The translations under genes were made by a program, and so were the position numbers. Below the pieces are notes generated by a model. That model was not told the DNA's origin, ran no database searches, and was given only the letters and a program-made list of their open reading frames with translations. Positions 1 through 9,903 of a DNA stretch of 64,000 nt are shown piece by piece; position 1 is the stretch's first letter, and each line of letters begins with the position of its first letter. This DNA comes from Callorhinchus milii (Eukaryota): contig NW_024704743.1 in assembly GCF_018977255.1 (NCBI RefSeq), positions 10,790,001-10,854,000 of the forward strand. The letters are read 5' to 3'.

Positions 1-866
1 CGTAAAACTGAGGCCCTCCTGATTGGCTCTCCTCAGCACCTCAGCACCTCAGGCGCTGACAGCATCAGCATCCAAGGCTGCACTCTCCACCTCTCAAAGC
101 CAGTCAGGAACCTCGGGGTTCTGTTTGACCCTGAGCTGTCCTTTCTCCCTCATATCCGCGCCACAACTGGCACCACCTTCCATCACCTCCGGAATATCGC
201 CAGACTACGGCACTACCTCACCCCTCACGCTGCTGAAACACTGGTCCAGGCCTTTACCACCACAAGGCTGGACTATGGGAACTCTCTCCTCGCCGTCCTT
301 CCCGGCACCTCCCTCCACAAGCTGCAGGTCATTCAGAACTCTGCAGCTCATGTACTGTCCCGCACCAGGCTTCGCGACCACATCACTCCCACCCTCGCTC
401 GCCTCCACTGGCTCCCCATCCCCCAGAGGATCGAATTCAAGATCCTCACCCTCACCTACAAGGTCATTCACGGCCTTGCTCCCTCCTATCTCTCTAACCT
501 ATTATCCCCCTACCTACCTGCCCGTACCCTCCGTTCCTCTGGCTCCGGTCTGCTCCACATCCCCCGCCCCAACCGCCCTACCATTGAGGGCCAGGCCTTC
601 AGCCTCTCAGCCCCTATGCTCTGGAACTCTATCCCCCAGTGCCTCCTCTCTTTCCTCCTTCAAGGCCGGTCTCAAGACCTTTCTCTTTGACCGAGCCTTC
701 ACCTCCCCTCTCGACTCTCTACCCCCTCCTCGCTCCCTCCCTTCCCTCCCCTCACCCTGACCATTTCCCCCCTGCTCGGGTCCTGATTCAACCGTACAGT
801 GCCTTGGGACGTCTTCCCGACATGAAAGGCGCTCTATAAATGGAATCTTGTTGTTGTTATTGTTGT
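1..866 (+). mobile_element. L2 LINE (young L2-a) 3' part, cut by the window start
   Basis: Frame 1 reads RKTEALLIG...VRNLGVLFDPELSF...[15 protein letters not shown]...LWNSIP, the L2 ORF2 C-terminus. An 11-bp deletion near 644 (vs the copy at 53070) shifts the frame. Ends in the stem-loop plus (TTG)n tail. Confidence 0.95.
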
Positions 867-1200
867 ATAAATGTTAACCTTGAATTCTTGAGTTGATTTT
901 CATTTTGTTTTGACGTGATATATCGGTATTGAAGAAACATGGTATAAAATGCATTAAACATGAATAAGTATCAATTTGATATTAAATCTACCTTTCTTTC
1001 ATAAAGATTCATCATATCAATTAACTTGGAATGCATAGCTGGCTGACATTATCTATCGCAATGGCATTTATTTTCCAGCTGCCAGACCATTGAATGTCAA
1101 GTTGATTCTGTCCTTTGGAATTAATTCTATTTCCCATTTTCCATTCTCGACCAAGGACAGATAACGTGCTCTCTGTGGCATTTCTGTAATCAGATATGTT

Positions 1201-1415
1201 AATAATAGTCCTTCCATTTGATTTAGCACCTTTCATGCTGGGAGACACCTCAAAGCGCTTCATGGGATTTTACTGTAAAGTGCAGTGACTGCATATTTTG
1301 TAGGCAAATGTTGCAGCCAATTTGTGCAGAGCAATTTCCTACAGCCTTTTCCAACAGTCATGATCAATTTTACTTGCAGGCTTGTTGGCAGACATTGTGA
1401 GAAGTTCCCTTCTCT
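1201..1415 (-). mobile_element. Old SINE-C 3' fragment
   Basis: Reverse match to the shared SINE tail and body (gctgtaggaaattgctctgcacaaattggctgc...gtgctaaatcaaatggaagg). Confidence 0.7.
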
Positions 1416-2115
1416 AAAATTGATTGAGTGTGTACACCACTTGATAGGCCCATGCGTGGGTGGGTAATTGGCCCATGAGTGAGTATTTGAGTTGTCTATT
1501 TTGATGCCCTGTTCATAGTATGGGATGTCACAGCTTTGAACATTTGCAGTGTTCTGAGGCTTTTGGGACTGTGGATAGCATCAACAATGACAACTTGCAT
1601 TTATATAGCGCCCTTCACCCGGCGCAGCATCTCTGAGTGTTTAAATTGATTAAATCAGCTTGAATTAGCAGATGACATGTTTGGGGATAGGAGTGAAGGA
1701 GATGGATGCCTGTGAGTTAACTCCAAATGAGAAAGGTCCATGGTACAGGTCAGTGATGCATGATCACAACCTTTTCACTGAAGGCATCTAAACACAGTAT
1801 TTGACTATGGAGAGATGAAATATCCATTTTAGAAGCTAGTGTACCATAGATTAGTAACTAATGGGAAGCCCAAGTCCCATTTACTAATGAATTGCTCATT
1901 CTTCCTTTCTCAGACAAGCTCAGGCAGATTACTTCTTTGAAGTAAGGGCTTGGCTACAGAATGGGTACATTGACACATAAAGATTGCAGAATATTGTGGG
2001 AATCATTCTGCCTGGACCAGGGCCACAATCTAAAAGTTATGCATTTGATAACAGTGGCCTCTTTTAACCAGACTGACTGGTTAGTTGTGAACACTATTTT
2101 GTGAACTCCACTATT

Positions 2116-2446
2116 GTGGAGTCCTGTAGCTCAGTGGTTAGAGCACTCGCTTTGCAAGCGAGAGACCTGAGTTCAATTCCAGGCAGGGTGAAACCTTGGG
2201 CAAGTTTCCTTATTCCACACAGAGCCTAATAATAATCCTCCAAAACCAAAAACAATAATAAAAATTGGTCATTTTCAATCTACGACTGTTTGTGGGACAT
2301 TGCTGTGCGCAATTGGCTGCTGCGTTCGCCCACAAATATACAGTCGATTCACTTTACAGTGTGTTCTGTGAAACGCTTTGGGACGTCCTTCCGACGTGAA
2401 AAGTACTATATCAAATGCAAGAATTATTATTATTATTATTATTATT
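2116..2446 (+). mobile_element. SINE-A, full length (tRNA-Ala-like head, L2-type tail)
   Basis: GGAGTCCTGTAGCTCAGTGGTTAGAGC (A box), CTCGC-TTTGCAA-GCGAG arm, GAGTTCAATTCC (B box), (TTA)n tail. Near-identical copies at 24652, 34719, 39768. Confidence 0.95.
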
Positions 2447-2921
2447 TTCGATGTTACTGACTGAATTAGTGAAGCATTCTTTTAAAGAAATGAATGCAGA
2501 GTGCACCCCTGTTATAACTGCTTCACTGTAGTGAAGATTCATTTATAATGTGATTGCACTATGGACTCCACTCAATGTGTATGCACACAGTCAGCCTGCT
2601 TGAAGTTAACTCATGTGCAATTGTTTGGCATTGAATGAATCCTTCTCCCCCTGCATACCAGCTGTTTTTTCACAACTTAATGGCTGACTTCTGGGATATT
2701 CGGTCAATGTCTACATTACTTCCTGTTTCGTAGGGCATGAACAGCATACCGGGAGTGACCCAATTGACCAGGAAGTCAGCCAAGTTTTTTCTTTCAGCAC
2801 AGAAACCAACTGGTGAGCGGGAAGCAAGTCAAACCCGTTTTCGAACTTCGCTATGAATTGGGTTAGAATTTTAAGGATCTTAAACATTATGTTCTAATGG
2901 AGTTTCATTGCATGTAAAAAA

Positions 2922-3320
2922 GTGGAGTCCTATAGCATTATGATTAGAGCACTTGCCTCGCAAGTGAGAAGACCTGGGTTCAATATCCAGGCAGGGGAAA
3001 TGTTAGGCGAGTTTCCTTACTCCACACATCTCTGTTTACCGAGCAGCAAATAGAAACCTGGTTGTTTGTCAATTAGCGGATCGCTTTTCCGGGGGTAATA
3101 TTCTCTTCAAAAATAAAATTAAACAAATAACAATAAGTCGGTCACTCAATCTACAACTGTTTGTGGGACACTGCTGTGCACAAATGGCTGCCAAGTTTCG
3201 CCCATAAAAAATACAGTCAATTCACTTTACAGTATATTCTGTCAAGCACTTTGATACGTCTCGATAACAGGATAAGGCGCTATATCAAATGCAAGGAATA
3301 TTATTATTAGTAGTATTATT
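2922..3320 (+). mobile_element. SINE-B, full length (longer, older relative of SINE-A)
   Basis: Same head as SINE-A plus an internal segment ctctgtttaccgagcagcaaatagaaacctggttg...gcggatcgcttttccgggg. Tail ...gataaggcgctatatcaaatgcaagg. Confidence 0.9.
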
Positions 3321-3694
3321 GTAAAGTACAGAACAAGACACCTTGATTGATTGACCAAATACAATAATATTTACTGTCAATGGCATCTAAATTATTTAAT
3401 GCTCAATGACTCGGACCAACAACTTTAGGATTGACCAACAAAATATTTTTGAACTGTTTCAAGTCGTCTTTAATGCCCACCTGAACAGATAGATGGGATC
3501 AAGGTTTAAAATCCATCATTCAAAGGACGGCACCTCCAACAATGCAACTCTCCCCCAGCACTGTAGTTCCACCTTTCACTCCTTTGCCCTGACCATTGAT
3601 TTTATTTCTGCTGCTTCATATTTTCCGAGTTTTGTATTTCAATACAAAATTGGTCATTCATTTAAACATTTACCAGAGATTGTGACCAATGTTG

Positions 3695-3770
3695 CAATAA
3701 CAACAACAAGGTTACATTTGTATAGCGCCTTTCACATCGGGAGGATGTCTCAAGGCGCTGGACAGTGTAC
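3695..3770 (-). mobile_element. L2 tail-only insertion
   Basis: (CAA)n followed by tatagcgcctttcacatcgggaggatgtctcaaggcgctggacagt. Confidence 0.85.
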
Positions 3771-3814
3771 AGCATTTCAACAGATAAATTAACAGTAAAA
3801 CAGTAAAATAAACA

Positions 3815-3942
3815 GAGAGCTGTGTACTCTTTGCCCACAAAATATACAGTCAATTCACTTCACAGTATATTCTGTGAAGCATTTTGAGACATCTTGAAGA
3901 CGCAATAAGGTGCTATATCAAATGCGAGGATTATTATTATTT
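3815..3942 (+). mobile_element. SINE-B 3' fragment
   Basis: gcccacaaaatatacagtcaattcact...aaggtgctatatcaaatgcgaggattattatt. Confidence 0.85.
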
Positions 3943-3991
3943 GCAGAATTTGAGTCTTGTTAGCAGAAGGTGTCTCCAGCATTAAACAAAG

Positions 3992-4058
3992 CCAAAAGGC
4001 AAAAAACTGCAGATGCTGGAAATCTGAAATAAAAACAGAAGTTGCTGGGAACACCTAA
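3992..4058 (-). mobile_element. Penelope-like terminal-repeat end fragment
   Basis: aaaactgcagatgctggaaatctgaaataaaaacagaagttgctggg is the reverse complement of the 54005-54058 segment. Confidence 0.65.
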
Positions 4059-4573
4059 CAATATCTGCATATACTATCAATGTGCGTAGAAAGCAAGATG
4101 ATTTCCTGTGCTAAATGAACTGCCAATTTGCGGGCCAGCAGATTGTAAACAATGTCACTTCCTGTGCACTGCTCATGCAGCAGAGGAAGTGAGGTTGTTG
4201 GCAACCTGATGACCCAGAAATTGTCCATTTGATAGCACATGGAAGCTTGGAACATTTGGGATTCTTTGGTCCTATTTGTGCTATATACAAACCTGTTTCA
4301 TAACAAAGTGTGTTATAACAGGGTTGTACTGTACATCACAAAGGCATGCACAATTTAGCAGAGAAAGCCTCAGCAGAAATTTACATCTAAGCTTAGACTG
4401 TGAGACTGCTTGACTCAAAATTGAAGATGGCGTAGAAAATTGAAGATGGACAGGTTTATTTGGGGGTATTGTTGGATATGACACAGGAAGAAACTCCCTT
4501 CTCTTCAAAAACTGCCATTTTTGCCACAGAGGGATTTTTAAAGCAGGCAGGACTTAAACAGTACCTTGGTTTA

Positions 4574-4685
4574 TAATAATAATCCTTGCGATGATATAGC
4601 GCCTTATCACGTCATCGAAATGTCTCAAAGCGCTTCACGGAATATATTGTAAAGTGAATTGGTTGTATATTTTGTGGGCGAAATG
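4574..4685 (-). mobile_element. SINE-B 3' fragment
   Basis: Reverse tail gatatagcgccttatcacgtcatcgaaatgtctcaaagcgcttcac. Confidence 0.85.
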
Positions 4686-5119
4686 TTTAAATCTGAAGGA
4701 TATCATTGTCGACAAAGCTTTGCTCCCCAGTCATTGCACGAGATTGTCAGCCTAGTCTATCAGCTCAAAGTCCCAGTGAGATTGCTGCCAACTGGACACT
4801 CTTGTATTTCCTAACTCTTATATTTCCTTCATAATAAAATCCAAAGCATGGATTGCGCAGATCAAAATAAATCTGTGCAGCTTCTGCATCTGATCTCCCA
4901 CGCATCCAGAAGCCACATGGCTCTGTGTCACTGGCACATGGAATATCAGATGATAGCCACGGCTGCTGGAAACAATTCAACTGGAACTGCAAAACAATCA
5001 CAGCCATGGTTTTTGCTCAAGAGATTAAACACAAGACTTGGAATTTTGGGGGGAGGTGGAAAATAAAACAAAAACTTCACTCAGTACCATAATGGGTATC
5101 ATTATTCCTCTCTACCCAC

Positions 5120-5405
5120 GCCACCTCCCCCCGCCCCCCCCCCCCCCCCCCGCCCCCGCCACCCATACAGTCAAATAGGTATGTTTTGAGGCGAACCGTG
5201 ACAGATGGGAGGGAAAGAGCCATTTGGAGGGACTTGGGAATGGAGTTCCAGAGATCGGGTGCTAAGTAGTTGAAAACCTGGAGCAGACACTATCCACTGA
5301 ACAAAGGTAATGGCCGAGTTGGTAACGGTGAAGGAGTTTGCTGTGGCAGAGTGTTCCAAGACCACGGAGGGATTTATCTGCAGGAAGTACTCAAGATATT
5401 GAGGT
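5120..5405 (-). mobile_element. Old L2 ORF2 C-terminal fragment with poly-C tract
   Basis: Minus strand reads FNYLAPDLWNSIPKSLQMALSLPSVTVRLKTYLF, matching the L2 'AFS..AP.LWNSLP...LKTYLF' motif. Confidence 0.6.
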
Positions 5406-5410
5406 CTGTA

Positions 5411-5580
5411 TCAACAACAACAAATTACATTTATATAGTGCCTTTCACACTGGGAGACAACAATAACAACAACAACAAATTATATTTGTATAACGCTTTT
5501 TGCATCAGGAGGACGTCCCAAAGTGCTGGACAGTCAGGATTTGGATCCAGCTGAAGTTTGGGATCAGGAGGGGTGGAGGA
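5411..5580 (-). mobile_element. Two tandem L2 tail fragments
   Basis: Two (CAA)n + tail stem-loop units at about 5411-5457 and 5458-5580. Confidence 0.8.
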
Positions 5581-6174
5581 CAGGGATTCTAGACTGTATC
5601 TGCCCTGCAGAGTGTATCAAAAATAAATCAAGAAATGAATTTATTTTATTTGGCACAAAAACATACAACAGACTGTGAGAAGTAACAAGCAGGCACCTGA
5701 AGGGAGTTAATCAAGTATCTCATAGGTGGCATTCATTTACATGTGTAGAAATAACACCGCTTGCACTAGCAGAGCAGATACGCCTTCTTCTCTGAGAGAT
5801 GTTGTAATGAGTGAAAGACGTGGTTAATTATATTTTTTAAAAAGTTGGTCCTATCGTGCGAAAACAGATTGTAACAGAATATGAATGTGCCACTCACACA
5901 AAAACTGTGAATGTTGATTTCAATCCGGCTGTAAGACAACCCATCTCACATCCACATTGCTCCATTGAAGTTCACATGCCCGATGTATAAATCCACACAT
6001 GGATCATTCTGGGAGGAGGGAGCAGAGGTGTGGAATATTAAAGCCCTTTCCAATTGAAACAGTCACTCAACTGCTTCGTCTGCTTTATTAATCAGCCTTA
6101 ATAGATTGGGTTATAACTTGGATCGCCCACACAGCTACCATAGAACACACTTACATGCTTTGCAACTTGCATCA

Positions 6175-7050
6175 ATAATAATAAAACAATAGTATCTACA
6201 TTTGATACAGTGACTTTCACTTCAGGAGGACAGCCCAAATTGCTTCACGGGATAGACTGTAAAGTGCAATTACTGTGTGGTTTAGAGTGAAAACTGCAGC
6301 CAATTTGCCCACAACAATGTCCCACAAACAGCCATGAAGTGAATGACCAATTTTATTTGGAGAATGTTAGCCAGGGCACTGGGGGAAACTCACATTTCTT
6401 TCAGAATAGTTCCATGGGATCTTTAACATCCACCGGAACAGATAGACAGGACTTCGGTTTAATATTTTTTCAACGTCTGACAATGTTCGCCACTGTACTG
6501 AAGTGTCAGCTAAGACGACGATCCAGAGGATTGAATTCAAGATCCTCATCCTCACCTACAAGACCATTCACGGCCTTGCACCCTCCTACCTCTCCGAACT
6601 ACTATCCCCCTACCTACCTGCCCGTACCCTCCATTCCTCCGGCTCCGGTCTGCTCCACATCCCCCGCCCTAACCGCCCTACCATCTGTGCCCGGGCTTTC
6701 AGCCTCTCAGCCTCTAGGCTCTGGAACTGTATCCCCCAGTGCCTTCGCCGCCTCCTCCCTTTCCTCCTTCAAGGCCGGTCTCAAGGCCTTTCTCTTCAAC
6801 CGTGCCTTCAGCTCACCTCTCGACTCTCTACCCCCTCCTCGCTCCCTCCCTTCCCTCCCCTCACCCTGACCAGTTCCCCCCTGCTCGGGTCCCGACCCAA
6901 CTGTCCAGCGCCTTGGGACGTCCTCCCAACGTGAAAGGCGCTCCATAAATGCAATCTTGTTGCTGTTGTTGTTATATGTGTTTCCAGTCCCAATGTGGGG
7001 CTTGAACCACAACGTTTTGATTCAGAGGCAAGAGTACTACCAACTGACAA
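6175..7050 (-). mobile_element. SINE-C (Deu-domain SINE) split by an L2 insertion
   Basis: Tail and body at 6175-6516. Head (gcttgaaccacaac...tcagaggcaagagtactaccaactgac) resumes at 6975-7050. Confidence 0.8.
6519..6974 (+). mobile_element. L2-a 3' fragment nested in SINE-C
   Basis: [13 protein letters not shown]...[12 protein letters not shown], stem-loop and (TTG)n tail. High identity to 420-866. Confidence 0.95.
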
Positions 7051-8469
7051 ACAAATTGAGATTTATCAAAACACTTTGCATGTTATTACTGCCGAGTATA
7101 GTGACTGGGTTTGTAAGGCAATCCAACAACCAGCTATTTGCACCAGCAACTTCCCACAAACAGTGATGATGTGAATGGCTCTTGTGGGCATTTGATCACA
7201 ACACCGAGAGAATTTCTCTTCTGAAGCAGTCTAATATAACGGTGGATAACGTGACCTTGAAATTGTGCCGATCTTATCACATTGATATTTCCATTGTGCC
7301 TATGTTGGCCGTGGTATTTTATGGAGATGTTGATACAGTGGTGGTTGAACTTTGGGATTATTTAAGATTTTGCACATGCTCAGTAGAGTGTCTGGAAGCA
7401 GGTTTGTTCAAGCTGATGTGTGTAGATTAATATGAGAAAGAATTTATTGCCGCATTCACCTACAAACACATGGTCACGACACTTCTCAAAGTACTGTAAA
7501 TCCTCTTGATATGAAAGGCACTATAAAAATGAAAGGAGTATTATTATTATACAGGGGCATTGTAGTATACAAAGGCATTACATCCTAGGGAGGGCATTAC
7601 AGTATATAGGAAGTTATAATATACAGGGACATCAAAACTAATGGAAGTGATCTTTTAGGGGTACAATATGGTAGGTATGCCTTCTTCAGTTTAAATAGTG
7701 CCAACCACAACATTGATATTATTACCATACTTTGTTTAACTGAAAAGAAATTGGGAAAATTGGGAAAACTGGCATCAGCTCAGTGAAACTCATTTATTGA
7801 GAAAGGTGTTTAGCTTCAGAGATTATATTTTGCTTGATTTGGCACCAAATCAACGCTCCTTGGTTTGACTCCCACAGACTATGACAATTTTAATCGAAGC
7901 CAAGATTTACTCCAAGGCTTCAGTTTGATAGCAAAGGGTTAACAAAATATCACACCCAGCAGTAAATGATCAATTGCAGCCGCTGGAACAAAATTTGGCA
8001 AAAGCATTTGAACAGTGCTCTCAGTTAGTTGCGATACATTTCCAGTTTATTCCTAAAATGAAATGTATTAAGACCAATTGCTAACTAGCTGAAACTTGTA
8101 GCTCTTGGAGCCCAAGGCAGTTATTCAGAACAATCAGTGAGATGGCAGCTGTCTTGGAGTGTGAAAAACAACAGATTGTTACGCAATGCCTTGGAGTGGC
8201 TTATATTGGTTTATTAAACAATAAATTATAAATCTTCTCACAGCATTAGACAAGCGTTATTAATTTCACACTTTGAGCACTTCCAACACAATTGTTATTT
8301 CACACTGGGTAGCCTTGGTTCAGAGACTATTTTGAAGAACTTTAAAATCTTTTAGATCAGCAAGGAGCTATGAAGCATGGGTTAATTTAATGAGTGAAGA
8401 TTTCATACCAACTCACAAATGATGAAGTTACCAATAATTTATTAATGCTTTCCATTCTTGGTAAATAAT

Positions 8470-8654
8470 TAATAATAATAATAATAATTTGGTCACTCAA
8501 TTCCACGACTGTTTGTGGGACACTGCTGTGCACAATTGGCTGCCGTGTTTCGCCCACAAAATACACAGTCAATCCACTTTACAGTATATTCTGTGATGTG
8601 CTTTGTGGTGTCTCAATGACGTGATAAGGTGCTATATCGAATGCAAGGATTATT
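8470..8654 (+). mobile_element. SINE-B 3' half
   Basis: aatttggtcactcaattccacgactgtttgtgggacactgctgtgcac...gataaggtgctatatc. Confidence 0.85.
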
Positions 8655-9176
8655 ATACCAGGAATGGGGAAGCTATACCAGGAATGGGGAAGCTATACCA
8701 GGAATGGGGAAGCTTAGCTATGAGGACAGGCTGGAAAAGTTAGGACTTTTCCCATTAGAGCAGAGAAGGTTACGCGGGGACCTGATAGAGGTCTTCAAGA
8801 TCATGAAAGGTTTCGACAGACTAGATAGGGAAATGCTGTTTCCGCTGAAAGGTGTGTCTGTGATTCGTGGTCACAGTATTAAGATATCTACCAAAAGAAG
8901 CAGAGGGGAGGTTAGAAGAATTTTTTTTCACTCAGCGAGTTATTAGAATTTGGAATGATCTGCCAGAAAGGGCAGTGAAGTCCGATTCGATAACAGCTTT
9001 TAAGAGAGAACTGGATAGGTATCTGGAGAAGACAGGTTTGCAGGGTTTTGGGGAGAAAGCTGGTGAGTGGGGTTAATAAAAGTCAGTTGCTCTGTCAAAG
9101 AGCCGACACAGACTCGATGGGCTGAATGGCCTCCTTCTGTGCCGTAACATTCTATGATTCTATGATTCTATGATTA
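8655..9176 (+). mobile_element. CR1 LINE 3' fragment inserted in a SINE tail
   Basis: SYEDRLEKLGLFPLEQRRLRGDLIEVFKIMKG...FFTQRVIRIWNDLP; 3' UTR ggctgaatggcctccttctgtgccgt; (ATTCTATG)n tail. Confidence 0.95.
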
Positions 9177-9345
9177 TATATAACACTTTTTTAAATTCCT
9201 GCTTCATGCCCACACCTCAACTAACAATGGCCGAGCTTTCAGTCATTCTGCCTACTCACTGTGAAATTGCTTAAAGCCTGCCTTAAGACATGTCCTTTCC
9301 ACATGCTTTTGGTTGCCTTCTCCCCCCACCAACCCCCCACCCTCC

Positions 9346-9375
9346 ACACACACACACACACACACATGCACACAC
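9346..9375. repeat. (AC)n microsatellite
   Basis: Visible dinucleotide run inside an old L2 3' remnant (about 9270-9480). Confidence 0.9.
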
Positions 9376-9483
9376 TACTCCTCCCATCCCATCTTGGACT
9401 GAATCCCAGTCGACTCTGGGAAGCGCTTTGAAGCATATTCCTGATGTGAAAGATGCTATATTTATATAAAATTGTTGTAGTGT

Positions 9484-9903
9484 TATAATAATAATCCTCA
9501 CATGGTATAGCCCTTTCACATAGGGAGGGCGTGCCAAAGGATACACTGTAAAATGGTGTGCCTGTGTGTTTTGTGGGTAAACCCAGCAGCCAGTTTGCAT
9601 GTAGCATTGTCTCACAAACAGCTAAGGAGTGAATGACCCGTTTTATTGACCAGGACACCAGAATAAGCTCCCTTCTCTGTTTGAATAGTACCACGAGATT
9701 CTTAATATCCATTACTAATAATAATAAAGAATACACAGATTGGAACTCGATTTAATGTCTCATTCAAAGCATGGCACCTCTGACAATACACGCACTGCAT
9801 TGGAGTGTCAGATGAGATTACATGAGTTCCAGAACCCAAAGTGGGCCTTGAACCCATAATCTGACTCAGTGGCAAGTGTGCTACCAACTGAGCCAACCTG
9901 ACA
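9484..9903 (-). mobile_element. SINE-C, near full length
   Basis: Reverse head gtcaggttggctcagttggtagcacacttgcc...ggttcaaggccc, Deu-like body, (TTA) tail. Confidence 0.85.

Noticed and set aside
2118..2195. tRNA-Ala(TGC) gene (also at 24652, 34719, 39768)
   Set aside because: The acceptor stem does not pair and the sequence continues into a multi-copy SINE body and tail. It is a SINE head.
7834..7853. Palindrome ttgatttgg-ca-ccaaatcaa
   Set aside because: An isolated 9-bp arm pair can arise by chance in 64 kb, and there is no supporting context.
8655..8714. CRISPR-like direct repeats
   Set aside because: No spacers, the unit is CR1 coding sequence, and the context is vertebrate.
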